A stretch of 64,000 bases of DNA from assembly GCF_963921235.1 (NCBI RefSeq), contig NC_086097.1, positions 70,620,001 through 70,684,000 on the forward strand. The letters run 5' to 3'. The notes beneath the pieces are model-generated. The model was not told where the DNA came from, did no database searches, and saw only the letters and a list, made by a program, of their open reading frames with translations. Position numbers and translations under genes: made by a program. The stretch comes from Mobula hypostoma. Its lineage: Eukaryota. Numbering within the stretch: position 1 is the stretch's first letter; the number at the start of each line of letters is the position of its first letter. Below are positions 45,890-58,655 of this stretch, one piece after another.

Positions 45890-48640
45890 GATGATAGATA
45901 TCCAGAAATAGCAGTTTGGAAAGGATGTACCAATTTTTGGTGGACTGAGAAAGAGCTGGAAATCCAGAGACTGACACAAGAGGCTTCCTCATTACCTCTA
46001 AAGCAGCCTATGGTCCAAGTTACTGCGGATTAAATCTCCTGCACTCAAAGAATGGGAAGAACTTCCAAAAGGATGGAAAGGATATCAATTATTGATGGGG
46101 GAAGCACTTTCAAGAACTTCTTAATTCCAACAACACTGCTGAACCAGATGTTACTAACTAAATCCTCCAAAGACCTGTGAAAGAAGACATGAGGGAACCT
46201 CCCATTATGAAAAAGGTCCATTATGCCATCAGGAGCCCGAAAAAAAAACAAAGCCACTGGTCCTGATGGGATCTCAGCAGAGATCCTCAAGGAAGATGGA
46301 CCAGCACTTCTGCACCACGTACACTTCCTACTCCTGAAGGTCTGGGAAAAGGAACAACTCCCTCGGTGCTCAGGGATGCTCTAACAGTAACCATATTCCA
46401 GAATGGAGTCAGGGCAGATTGTGGCAATTACAGAGGCATCTCCCTCCTGTCAACAACAAGCAAAGTGCTTTGCCTGCATGTATCCTTGTCAACCGACTCC
46501 TTCCGCTATCTGAAGTACTCCTGAATCACAGTGTGCTTTTCGTCCATCTAGAGGTACTGCAGATATGGTTTTCATCACACGCTAGTCACAGGAAAAGTGC
46601 TGTGAACAAAGGCAACTCTTGTACTTGGCTTTCAGAAATTTGACTGTGTAGCCCTTAAGGCATTTATTTGACTTTGTTGGGTCTACGCTTTAAATGATTT
46701 GTTTGTAACTATTTTCTAGTTAAAGTTAAAGGTTGATAATTATGTTACAGTCTAACAAAGGTAAATTCATTGTCTATGGTATATCGCGGCATGTGATGAC
46801 GTCACCTCCGGTTTCGCCGCGCCTTATGTGTAACCTCTGATTCAGAGAAGGTGAGAAGGTCAGTGCCATGCGTGCAGCGTGATCGTGAAGAGCTCTGTTT
46901 CTACCCACAAAGAAACATTATAGACGCAACATCGTAACTTCATATGAAAGTATTTGAAGTAAAAATATTAGTGCGGTTTCTGTTAAAGGAAGCGGAGCAC
47001 GTGTCTGCTTTTCAATTTCAAACACGGGGTCAGCTCGAGCCCGATGGCGGTTTGACGGGACCCCCTCGCTCTCTACTCGGGGCGGCTGGAGACACTCGCT
47101 AAAAGAAGAGAGCACGCATGGTCTCCAGAATGAAACAGACACTGTATATGTTTGTATTTTTTTATCAACAGTTTTCACCATACGATGTTAATGTGGAAGA
47201 GTGAGCAGTAAATGGTTAACCTTACTATGACTCTGTCTTCACTGGCTCCGGTTTAACTTGGTGTTTAGTTAGAGTTTCAACACACTGCACGAGAACACTA
47301 CATTGACAAAGGCATTTGATATAGTAGACCAACAAGTTCTCTGGCATATATTATCAAGGCATGGCTTTCCTGACAAATACTTACGAATGCCAAGGCTCCG
47401 ACATAATGGATGTCAGCCACAGTACTCAGCAATAGCGGCGCTGAATCACAATCTTTCACTGTCAAGACAGGAGTTAAACAGGGTTGTATCAGTGCACCAA
47501 CCTCATCTACCATCTTTATTGCAGCCATCCTTCACGTACTTGGCCAAGGCCTACTGCAGGGAATTCTAATCATGAAAAGAATTGACAACAAGCTCTTCAA
47601 CCTCAACTGGTTCAAGGCCAAGAACAAGGTCAGCACTACCACTATCATTGAGCCTCAGTATGTGATGACAACACCATTGCAGCATACTCTGAAGGAGACC
47701 TCCAATGTACCCTGAATGCCTTTGACAAGGCATATAGGGGTCTGGGTCCTGTTTTGAATATAAAAAGACACAGGTCCTATATCAGCCACTGCCCAAACAA
47801 CCATTTATCCAGCCTTCCATAAAAGTTGATATATCACTCTTAAAAATGTAAACCATTTTCCCTACCTTGGCAGCATTCTCTCTTTAAAAGCAGACATCAA
47901 CTCAAAAACAAACCTTCAACTGAGTAGTGCTGCTGGAGTCTATGCAAGATTAAGGAAAAAAATCTTTGAAGACTGTGACCTACAGGTCCAAACAAAACGT
48001 TTTGTCTATAGAGTAGTCATCCATCCTACATTACTGTGTGAAGCTGAATCAAGAACCATCTACTGTAGGCAGCGGAAAACCCTGGAACAATACCACCACA
48101 GGTCCTTGCAAATGGTTTTGAGGATCAGCTGGAAGGACAAATGCACTAACACCAACATATTGGAGGAGGCCAACATGAACAGCTTCTCCACCACAATAAA
48201 GCAACACCAACTCCAATGGACAGGTCACGTCGTACAGATGCCTAGCTCACTCTGCCCAAACAGATCCTTGACCTTCCTGAAGGAAGGTCAGCGAGCCCCT
48301 GGAAACACTTCATCGATAACATTGAAATCAGCCTGAAGAAATTCAACATTACATTTAAAAATGGGGAAATATGGCACTCAACAGATACACCTGGAGGAAA
48401 GCTTTTCAAGAGGGAGCTATGCTACGTGAGAGGTACCTTTGCTATTCCACAGACAATAAGCGGCAGCTGTGAAAGGGGAGGCTGAACAAACAAAAAGCCC
48501 AACCACTAACCACAGCTACCATTTACTCATGCCCACACTGCACCTAAATACCTGGACCCCAGACCAGCCTCTTCAGTTACTTGAGGACACACCAGTAGAC
48601 AACCCTTTTGGAGAACATCTCGACTTGAGTGATTGCACTA
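45890..48640 (+). mobile_element. RTE-clade LINE, degenerate, interrupted by a solo LTR
   Basis: KATGPDGISAE, NYRGISLLS, (L)TKAFDIV, VKTGVKQGCISAP, LRISWKDKCTNTNILEEAN..QLQWTGHVVQM. Confidence 0.88.
46645..47302 (+). mobile_element. Solo LTR inserted in the RTE
   Basis: Begins tg(tg)tag and ends ctaca; 5-bp TSD ttgac at 46640-46644 and 47303-47307; excision restores the RT motif LAF..LTKAFD; CpG-rich. Confidence 0.8.
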
Positions 48641-50095
48641 TTATTACAGTGATTCAGGATTTGTGAGCCATGGGCACACAGATAGAAAGAAGCTGTATGA
48701 TAACAGCTGTTTAACAGATAACAGGTATAAGTCATAGTTTCCCAAAGTCACTGCCATAAATAATATATTTCATTGGTTCAGGTCCTATACCTGGTCAACC
48801 TATCCAGAATTGCAGCTTGTAGTCGATTACATCTCGCTTACCTGGTCTGAATGCAGAGGACCAATCCCACGGGTCCAGTTCATTCATTCTGGGATGGCTG
48901 GAAGGGCTCACAGTAATGTAGTGGGGAAACACTGTCCTAAAATACCCTGACGACTTAGGGTGGTGGGAGTTCTCGGTGACTGGAAAAGATGTTCATGATT
49001 TTTAAATATGTATTAAATATAACTTACACTTAGAGACGTTTAAGAACTATTTTAATATTTAGTATCGAAGAAAATAATTACAAACTATTTCTTTACAAAG
49101 TGAATTAAGTTAACAGAAGCAGCAATATCTAATTTAAAAATCAAACAGAAGTGAAATAATTTCTGAAAAGTACCTTTGCTTCCTAATCCTTTGCTCTACA
49201 ATCCCTATTTAAATCGATAGGGTTGCAGCTTCTGTACTGGGCCTTATCTGAGTGTTGATTCCACAGCAAAGCCCTGGGGAATACCAGTAATACTAGGCTT
49301 CTGGGCTGAACTCACACCAGAAGATTGGAATTAATTGCAGTTTAGATGGCTGAATGCTCCCAGTACAAATGTTTGTTTCAGATATGTAAATAATGATTAC
49401 CCACATTTGTTTCTTTAAGCTTTTTGCAACACTTGGGTGGAATAATAGATACGCTTGATGCAATATCTGATGTCAGGGAAGATCAGTATTGGACAGCATC
49501 CTGGTAAAGTGAAAGAAGAACAGAAGGCAGCAAGGAAAAGTGACAGACAAAATGACATGACAATGAAAATAAAAGGGGGACAAGTCGAGGTCAACTAGAT
49601 TATAAATGTCTGCAAGTACAGAGTAAGGTGTAAAATTATATTTAATTGCAAAGAAAATAATAAACTGTCACTGTGTGAGCGAGGAGAACTCGTTTCAGGG
49701 TCTAGCCTATACGTGTTTGGAAGTTAAGCACGTGTGTGCCAAAGTGAGTATATCTCTCAGTTAAGATGAGCTGTATTTATTCATATTTTTGATGTTGTGT
49801 ATAAAGTACAGGGTAGGTGTGGTTCTAATGGTGTTTGTATTGTTTTTTTTAGAATTGCCACTACCGTATTGGTCTTGTATATTTTGTTTATTTATTTCAT
49901 ACTGCATACGTAACAAGGGTGTGGACTGAAATTAAACTGAGATTGTAACAGCAGGAACAGTGTTTTTTTTAATTCATTTTGTCGTTTTTATTTTGATACA
50001 TTCTTTCTACATTAAAACAGATAAAGGAATTAAAGACAGAAAAAAAGTATTTGTTGTTCTGCGTGTGTATTTTTCCCCAGGCTACAAAAAAAATA

Positions 50096-50116
50096 TGTGT
50101 GTGTGTGTGTGTGTGT
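50096..50116 (+). repeat. (TG)n microsatellite
   Basis: About 10 TG units. Confidence 0.9.
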
Positions 50117-50263
50117 TTGAGCATGTAATCTTCTGGAAGGAAATATAAAGAAAGATATTGACCTTTAGCCTTGGATGAGAGACAAGGCAAATAGAGTGGC
50201 ATATTTTTCAGGTTGGACTCAGAGAGCGTTAGGATGTAGAATGCCAGGCTCCTCATTTTAGTA

Positions 50264-50611
50264 CGAGGGGTGATTGATAAGTTCATGGCCTGAGGTAAAA
50301 GGAGTCAATTTTGATGTGGACCTCCAGAAAGTGGTCCACATCAGGAGTGATTGATAAGTTTGTGGCCTAAGATAGAAGGAGGTGAGTTATACAGCTCTCG
50401 TTACATGCACGTGCAGTCCAGCTCTTTGAGTGATTATGCACTTTCTGGAGGTCAAAGATGCCAACTTCTACAAAGAAGGGATCCGTATGCTCCACGACCG
50501 CTGGACTAAGTGTGTAAATGTAGGAGGGGACTATGTTGAAAAATAAATGTGCTAGGTTTTCTAAAATTGACTCCTTCTACCTTAGGCCATGAACTTATCA
50601 ATCACCCCTCG
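50264..50611 (+). mobile_element. Mariner-derived MITE
   Basis: About 49-bp TIRs cgaggggtgattgataagttcatggcct..., TA TSDs at 50262-50263 and 50612-50613; 50466-50546 encodes FYKEGIRMLHDRWTKCVNVGGDYVEK*, a mariner transposase C-terminus. Confidence 0.92.
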
Positions 50612-50899
50612 TACAATTGTGCTTTATACAAAACAACATGAAACAGTTCTTGATTAAGCTGGAAAGTGCAAAGTTTCAAACAAAGGATATTATGAAGGTA
50701 AGAGTAGTGGAGTGATTTTGAAACAACAGAGGGAGCTACATTGAAATATGTGATTATAGCAAGGCAATGGCTAACATTCAGGGCACAGAGACCAACAATT
50801 CTAGAACCTTTTCTGAACCAAAAACTCTTAGTAAAAATGACCTAACAAAGGAAGTGAAGAACTATTTTTGATCCAAAATGGAGTCATATAACGTCCAAA

Positions 50900-52035
50900 A
50901 ATAAAAGGAAGCCTGAAGAATGAGTGTTGTTTGGAGTTAATCAAAAAGTAGAGCAAGGGATTGATTAAGAGAGCAAGTGGATTATCAAAATAAACATGCA
51001 AAAACATGAAAGCAAACGGTAAAAGCTGGTACCAGGATGTACTGTATAAGGGAAAAGAAAGATTCCTTAGGTTATAGAGATGATGGAACCTTCCCTGCAG
51101 ATCAGAAATTGTGAAAGGTAACAGCACCATTTAAAACTGAGTTGAGAAATGAAACAAGGAATTATTTAATGGTTAATCTAATATTAGCTTAAATTCTATA
51201 AAGCTAAAATGCTAGAAAGTTTTATAAAAATATGATAACAGGACACTTAGAAAATATAAATGGAATTTGACAAATGTGAAAATGTATTATGAAAGAAAAA
51301 CCGTGTTTGACAAACCACAGTGAGATCTTGAGCTGGTAACTGCTAGAATAGATACAGTAAAGCGATAACCAATGGATCTGGTAGATTTGAATTTTCAAAA
51401 TGCTTTTGATCAAGTCCCACATAAGTGGTTGTTGTACAAAATTAAAGCAGAATTGATAAGGATAATATACTGACATGGACAGACATGAGAAGTGTGACAA
51501 ATGGGGTACAGCAAGGATCCATGCTATTCACAATGACTTCAATGTGGGAACTCCATGAAATTATACCAAAGTTTGCTGCTGATGTGAAACTGGGTGGCAT
51601 TGCGAAGACTGAAGGTTTAAGGTGATTTTGGTAAAGTTGAGCAAGTGGATAAATGCATGGCAGGTACACTAATATAGATTAATGTGAAGTTATCCACCTT
51701 GGGAGGAAAAACTTTTGATGACTTTGTGTAACAGTCACTGAAAGCAAACATGAAAGTGTAGCAAAGAAGTCAAATGTTATGATTGGCTTCCTTCATAGGG
51801 GCTTTGAATGTATGAGCAAGGATGTCTTACTACAATTATTCAGGACCTTGGTAAGACCACGTCATATCTTGTGTACTTTGGTGTTCCTATCTGAGCAAGA
51901 ATGTACTTGCCATAGAGGAAGTGAAGTCAAGATTCATCAGATTGATTTCTGAGTTGGCAAAACTGTTGATGATAATATGTCAAGTGACTAAGCCCTGTAT
52001 TTATTCATTTGAGCTCAGAAGAATCAGAAATTATC
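50900..52035 (+). mobile_element. Very old CR1 remnant
   Basis: Scattered RT motifs: gattttcaaaatgcttttgat (FQ-AFD), ggggtacagcaaggatcc (GV-QGS), aagtttgctgctgat (KFA-D), ttggtaagaccac (LVRP). Confidence 0.6.
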
Positions 52036-52596
52036 TTTGAGGTTTTTTCACCAGTGTTTCAATGTACTTTGTATAACATGGAACAATTTCAAATGTGAGC
52101 CAAGATTCTTTATGAATTTAATGTTATGCCCTGCTTTTCTATTGCTCTAAAAAAGAATCTGTTAGGGTTACTATGGCTTTCACTATAATGGAATATTACC
52201 TCTAAATAATTTAATATAAAAAAAGATATACTGTATTTGATAATCAATCACTAATAATGTAATGAAAAAATACATCATTTCACCCCCCCCCATACCACCA
52301 CTGTTCCTTATACAAGTTTTAATGTTATGGTTGTAAAATTCATTTAAGAAAATGTGAGTGACAACATGATAAAATTCCAACCAATGCGCTCAATTTTGAA
52401 AAAAAAAACAACTTGTGACAGGCAGCGTAAGTGGCTGGTGGCACCAGGAAAGCCACATCACATCACTCCACTCTGATCACTCTGTTGGTCTTGCCATGCT
52501 GTGATGATATATTGATGAGATTGCTGTTAATTGCTGGGTAGGCCAGAGTCCAAGGATGACAATCCAAGGTGGATGAATCTTGTCACTTCTGACAAG

Positions 52597-53272
52597 CTCA
52601 AGTCAAGTCAAGTCAAATTTATTGTCATTTAACTACATACATGTATATCACATATATAACCATATAATATATATAGAAACAGGACGTTTCTTCAAACCAG
52701 GGTGTACATATAACACATATAACACATGATAACTTATGAGGGTAAGGAAAAAATCTACAGATGAATCACGCATAAATAACAAACCAAAGAGCATTAATTT
52801 TGAATATTAGAAGATGTGGAACAGACTAACCAGTGACATTTCGAATACAATGCAGCCGGGAGTTCAGAAGCCTGATGGCCTGGGGAAAGAAACTGTTTCC
52901 CAACCTGACCACTCCTGTTTTTATGCATCGTAGTCTCCTGCCTGATGGTAGAAAGTCAAAGAGGATGCTGGATGGATGGGTGGGATCCTTAATAATACTG
53001 ACGGCCCTGCATATGCAGTGCTCCTGATAAGTATCTCCGATGGATTGTAGGGAGACCCCTATGATTCTCTCAGCTGTTCTCATAGTCCTTTGTAGGGATT
53101 TCCGGTCCTATGCTTGACTGCTCCATACCAGATGGAGATGAAACTTGTCAGGATGCTCTCAATAGTGCTACTGTAAAACGCAGTTAAGATGGGGGTGGCA
53201 GCCTTGCCTGCTTCAATCTTTTTAGGAAACGGAGGTGCTACTGTGCCGTTTTGTTCAGGGAGATGATATTAA
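52597..53272 (-). mobile_element. Rex1/Babar-type LINE 3' fragment
   Basis: ORF 52826-53083 IIKDPTHP..LPSGRRLR..NSFFPQAIRLLN; (gactt)n tail seen as caagtcaagtcaagtc. Confidence 0.85.
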
Positions 53273-53639
53273 GCTGTAATTTATTATTATTTTATAATGT
53301 ATACATGGTTGCAAAAGCATTTAACGTAATTCATATTTCAAATAACTTGTTACGTTTGACCTGAGATTTTGAGCAGATCAAGGAAATGAACAAGACTTAT
53401 CGTCAAATGGAAATCTCTTAGCATCATCGTGCTCGTATTACACTCCTTTTGTATTCTTCTCAGATTTTAGGACTAGAAAAGCTTTGATTCTTTGTCCAAA
53501 TATGTATGAGTTTGGGTTTGTAGGTTGAGCACATGTTATGATGGCGCTGGACTGCGTTGATTGTTAACTCAAAAATATATTTCACTCTGTGGTTCAGTGT
53601 TTAATAGAACCAGTGACAATAAAGCAATTTTTATCTTCA

Positions 53640-54012
53640 ATTGTGTGTAGTTTTTGTGATCTTACTTAAAGAAAGGATATACCTCTCAGAGAGGGTGTGC
53701 AAGAAGTTTCACTAGACCAACGCCAAGGACGGTTTGAATGTTGTACAAGGAGATATTAGATTGACTAGGTTTATAGAGTTGAGGTTAGAAGAAATAAAGG
53801 CATTTTTATTGAAATGATTAAGATTCTGACAGGACTTGACAGATTGGAAGCAGGAAAGGTGTTTCCTTTGGCTGAGGAGAGGTTCAGAACTACATGGTCA
53901 CAGTGCCAGTACAGATGGGCACCTCATGCCTCACTAGCTTTATGAAATAATGTCTACAATGCAAAAAGAGACTGGAGCCTGTTGGGATTTGTTTGTTGAG
54001 CAGGAGATAGCA
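53640..54012 (+). mobile_element. Old CR1 3' remnant
   Basis: cttacttaaagaaaggatata.., gattctgacaggacttgacag.., parallel to the CR1 C-terminal region. Confidence 0.5.
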
Positions 54013-54250
54013 GAGTGAGTTGGAGACAGTTGCTTGTGGACTTCCCACACCAGGTTTACTCCTCAACCATCAGATTCCACCAGAGGGGATTACTTCAGTC
54101 AGCTTCACTTGCCCCACCACTGAACTGTTCCCACTACTTATGGTCTCTCTTTCAAGGACTCTTCATCTCAAGTTCTCTATATTTATTGATTTATTTATAA
54201 TTATTTCTTTAGTTGTATTTGCACAGTTTGTTGTCTTTTCATATAACACC

Positions 54251-54414
54251 CAAATAAGAGAAAATCTGCAGATGCTGGAATTCCGAGCAATGCACACAAA
54301 ATGCCAGAGGAACTCAACTGGCCGGGCAGCATCTATGGAAAATAGGAAACAGTCGACGACTTGGGCTGAGACCCTTCATCTGGACCCTTCATGAGTCCTG
54401 ATGAAGGGTCTCAG
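54251..54414. mobile_element. Penelope-derived mini-element inside a Rex 3' UTR remnant (about 54045-54570)
   Basis: aaatctgcagatgctggaa...gaggaactc...; inverted 20-mer ctgagacccttcatctggac / gtcctgatgaagggtctcag. Confidence 0.75.
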
Positions 54415-54572
54415 TTAAACACTCACACCCCAGTTGGTGTGGTCTTTTCTTGATTCTATCATGGTTATTATCCTATAATGGATTTATTGAGTATGCTCAT
54501 AAGAAAATTAATCTCAGGATTGCATATGGTGACATATATGCACTTTGGTAATAAGTTTACTCTGAACTTCGT

Positions 54573-57500
54573 AGTTTGAAAAGCGATCGGAGCCTGTTAG
54601 GACTTGTCTGCTGAGTGGAAGATTGCTTGGGTTATTAGTACCTTAGTGAGGGCCAATAAAAAGAAGGGAGGTGTAATCGGAGCGGCCAATGTGTAAGAGT
54701 GATCAGATTGTGGCTCAACAGGCAGAGGCTAAGGATGCTGAGTCATCTGGAATCATTTAGTTGATTGTAGAACTTAAGCATAGGAGGTTAGAGCCAAAGG
54801 TATGGCAAGTGTAGGCAGGATGGTAGTTAAGGCAGTGAAATGCTCCTCCTGTAAGAGTTGGATTGCAGGATACCTAGCGGTCTCCCTGATGACTACCTTT
54901 GCAGAAAGTGCACCCACTTTCAGCTCCTGACCGACAAGCTCAAGGAACTGGAGCTAGAGTGGATCGACTCAGGGATGAGAACCTCATAGATGAGATTTTT
55001 ACTGGAGTGGCTGCACCCAGAGTGCAGGGCTTCAGAAGGTAGATCATCAGGAGGTCCTGCGTAGTGAGTATAGGAAGTTAGGGAAGAGACTGAAGAGCAG
55101 GACTCGAGGTAGTAATGTTGGATTACCCCGGTGCTATGTGCTAGTCAGGGCAGGAATAGAATGATAGTACAGATGAATGAGTTACTAAGAAACTGATGCA
55201 GGGGGAAGGGCTTCAGATTCTTGGAGCATTGGAACCCTTTTTGAGGCAGGTGTGACCTTTACTAGATGAATGTGTTGCACCTAAACTGAAAGGGAACTAA
55301 TATCCTGGCTGGGAGGTTACTGGTGCTTCTCGGGAGGGTTTAAACTAGTTTGGCAGGGGGATGCGGTCCAGGGCACCAGGTCAGAAAATGGAGGGATGAA
55401 GAGGAAAGTAGATGTCAGTGCCTGTAAAAATGGGCAGAAGCAAGATAATAAATACAATATGACAAATAGTTTAGTGAGTACATTTAAATGCTAGGGGCAT
55501 TAGGGGTAAAAATGATGAACTTAGAGCATTAGTACATGGGACTATGATGTTGTGGCCATTACAGAGACTTGGTTGAGAGAGGAATGGGAATAGGTACTTA
55601 ATATCCCAGGATTTCAATGTTTGAGAAAGGATAGAGAGGGAGGTAAAAAGAAGTGAGGGCGTTGCACTGCTAATCAGAGACAATCTCACAGCTGGACTCT
55701 GAGGGGTCACAATGGAGAGCTCATTACATAGTCTTTTAGGTAGAACTCAAAAATAGGAAGGGTGCAATCACTATGATGGGATTGTACTACAGGCTCCCCA
55801 ATAATCATCAGGAACATTGAGGATCAGGTATGTAGGAAGATTAAGGAAAGGTGTAAAACCAATAGGGTTGTTGTCATGGGAGACTTCAACTTCTCCAATA
55901 TAAACTGGAACTTTCATGGTGCAAAAGGATTAGATGACACAGAATTTATTAGCTACATCCAGGAGGATTTCTTAAATCAATATCTGGATAGTCCAACAAG
56001 AGGAGGGGCTGTACTGGGCCTGGTGGTGGGTGATCAGTCTGGCCAGGAGACCAACCTTTCAGTGGATGAACGGTTAAGAAATAGTGACAACGACTCCTTA
56101 AGTTTTTGGATAGCTATAGATAGGAATAAATATGAACCTTGCGGAAGAATATTAAATTGGAGCAGGGGAAATTATGAGAATTAGCCAGAAAGAGTTCCCA
56201 ATTAACGGAAGCTGTTAATTGGGAACAGCTGTTTTTAGGCAAGTCCACATCTGACACATAGAGGGTGTTTAAAGACCAACTGCACTGAGTGCAGGACAGT
56301 TAAGTATGTTCCAGTAAGGAGGAAATACAAGGATGGCAAGGTAAGAGAACCCTGGATGTTGAGAAAGGTGATGAATTTAGTCAAGAAGAAAAAAGAAAAC
56401 TCTGTAGGGCTTGAGAAGCTAGAATCAAACAGAACTCTTCAGGATTATAAAGAAGGCAGAAAAGAACACAAGGGAATCGGTAATGCCAGAAAAGTCCTTG
56501 GCAGGTAGAATTAAAGAGAATTCCAAGGCATGCTATACATACACCAGGAGCAAAAGGATAATTAGGGAGAGAGTAGGACCACTCAAGGATAAAGGTAGGA
56601 ATATTTGCTTGGATGTGGAGGATGTGTGTGAGGTCGTTAATGAGTACTTTACATTAGTATTCACCAAGGGGAAGGATGTGGAGAATAGTGAGATCAGTGC
56701 TGAACATATTGATATGCTAGGGCATTTTGATGTAAAGGAGGAGGTAGTGTTGGGTCTCTTAAAGAGCATTAAGATGGACAAGTCCCAGGGCCTGATGGGG
56801 TATACCCCAGATTATTGAGAAAGGCAAGAGAAGAGATTGCTCGGCCCTTGTCCAATATCTTTATGTCCTCTACAGCCACAGACGAGCTCTTGGAGGACTG
56901 GTAATTAGCTAATGTTGTTCCATTATTCAAGAAGGGAACCAGGATAATCCTGGAAACTATAAACCAGTGAGTCTTACATCAGTGGTAGGAAAGTTACTGG
57001 AGAGAATCCTTAGGGATAGGATTTATGATCATTGAAAAACCCATAGCCTATTTGGGGACAGCCAGCATAGCTTTACATGGGGCAAGTCAGGTCTTCCCAT
57101 CTTGATTGAGAGGTTTGACAAGGTTATGAGGGTGACTGATGAACGTAGAGCTCAGGATGCTGCCTACATGGATTTTAGTAAGGTGAAGATGCTTTACAAG
57201 GTCCCTCATGGGAGGCTCATCCCAGGATATTAAAATGTAAAGATTCCATGGCGAATTGGCCATTTTGGATACAGAACTGGCTCGCCCATAGAAGACAGAG
57301 GGTAGTGGTCAAAGGAACTAATTCTAGCAGGAGGTCTTATGCAGGGATCTGTACTGGGAGCTCTGCTGTTTGTGATGTATATAAATGACCTGGATGTAAA
57401 CATAGATGGGTGGTTTAGTAAGTTTACAGATGATAAGAAGGTTGGTGGTGGATAGTGTAGAAGGCTGGCAAAGTATACAATGGGATATAGATCAGTTGCT

Positions 57501-57715
57501 TATATGGGCGGAGAGATGGCAGATGGAGTTTAATCTGGCCAAATGTGAAGTATTGCACCTTGGTAGGTCAAATGTAGAGACAGTACACTATTAAGGGCAA
57601 GGTCCTTAACAGTGTTAATGAGCAGAGGCAGAAACATTAGGGGCTTTTAACACATGCTTAGATAGGAACGTGTATGTAAGGAAAATGGAAGGATGGGCAT
57701 TGTAGAAGAGGTTAG
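54573..57715 (+). mobile_element. CR1 LINE with 5' UTR, ORF1 (Zn-finger and esterase remnants) and ORF2, internally deleted and degenerate
   Basis: ORF1 AVKCSSCKSW..DYLCRKCTHFQLL near 54830-54930; MGDFNFSNINW, PTRGGAVL, IKENSKACYTY, WQMEFNLAKCEVLHLG. Confidence 0.88.
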
Positions 57716-57736
57716 TTCTTTCACTGCTGAAATTTG

Positions 57737-57867
57737 GTCCTGATGAAGGGTCTTGGCCTAAAACATTGATTGTACTCTTTTCCAGAGATGCTGCCTGGTC
57801 TGCTGAGTTCCTCCAGCTGCTTGTGTGCATTGCTTTGGATTTCCAGCATCTGCAATTTTCTCATGTT
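57737..57867 (+). mobile_element. Penelope pLTR copy with decayed hammerhead motif
   Basis: gtcCTGATGAagggtcttggcctAAAAcattgat (GAAA and GTC lost, consistent with CpG decay) followed by gatgctgcctgg...ttccagcatctgca. Confidence 0.78.
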
Positions 57868-58210
57868 AGAGATTAGTTTAGTTAGCCATTTGCTCTTGAA
57901 CAAAAAGGATAGCTATGCTCATTTAAGGATTCGGTTATCTTGTTATTTCATGCTTGCTATTTATTTATATCTGCATTTGCACAGTTTGTTTACAGTTTAC
58001 AGTGTACAGTTCCTGATGTTTATAGTTACTGTTCTATAGATTTGCTTAGTATGCCTGCAGAAAAAGAATCTCAGGTTTTTATGTGGTGACACATATGTCC
58101 CCTGACAATAAATTTATGTTGAACTTAGAATCTCAAAAATATCAATTTCAGTTGCCAATAGAGTTCCCTTAATCCGGACAAATAAAGGTAATTACCTTAC
58201 ACTATCCTAA

Positions 58211-58337
58211 AGGGGTCTCGGCCTGAAACGTCAACTGTACCTCTTCCTATAGATGCTGCCTGGCCTGCTGCGTTCACCAGCAACTTTTATATGTGTTGCT
58301 TGAAATTCCAGCATCTGCAGATTTCCTCGTGTTTGCG
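58211..58337 (+). mobile_element. Penelope pLTR copy, 5'-truncated within the hammerhead motif
   Basis: ggggtctcggcctgaaacgtcaactg...ccagcatctgcagatttcctcgtgtttg; near-identical to the reverse complement of 18050-18170. Confidence 0.82.
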
Positions 58338-58346
58338 CTGAAATAT

Positions 58347-58655
58347 GGGCCGGCTGGTGGCGCAATGACATTGGTGCCGGACCTGGGAACGGAGGTTCCC
58401 GGGTTCGAAACCAGTCGGGTCCGCTCCCGAGTACGCTTTTCATCCATGCTGGGTTGAGCGTCAAGATCGCAACTCGACCTTGTAAAATAAAGGGAAAACA
58501 CTGTGAAAATGTCTGTGTGAGGAGTGGCGTGTCACACAGTCTCTCTCTCTCTTGCTCCGCGCCTTGTAAAAGCATGAAAAGACATCTTCACGGACACACG
58601 CTCATGCACACGCACGGACTCGCATGCACGCAGGCACATGCCAAAAAAAAAGAGA
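58347..58655 (+). mobile_element. tRNA-derived SINE
   Basis: A box tggcgcaatga (58358-58368), B box ggttcgaaacc (58402-58412), A-tail, TSD tgaaatat(gg) at 58339 and 58656. Confidence 0.85.

Noticed and set aside
48800..48990. Possible old SINE remnant
   Set aside because: Too degenerate: no clear A/B boxes, tail or TSD.
57740..57770. Active hammerhead ribozyme
   Set aside because: GAAA core and GUC site are mutated; recorded only as a decayed copy. The same applies to motifs near 2190, 4185, 4800 and 13370.
58347..58425. tRNA gene
   Set aside because: A/B boxes are present, but I could not form a convincing cloverleaf; it continues into a SINE body with A-tail and TSD. The same applies to 63645-63716.
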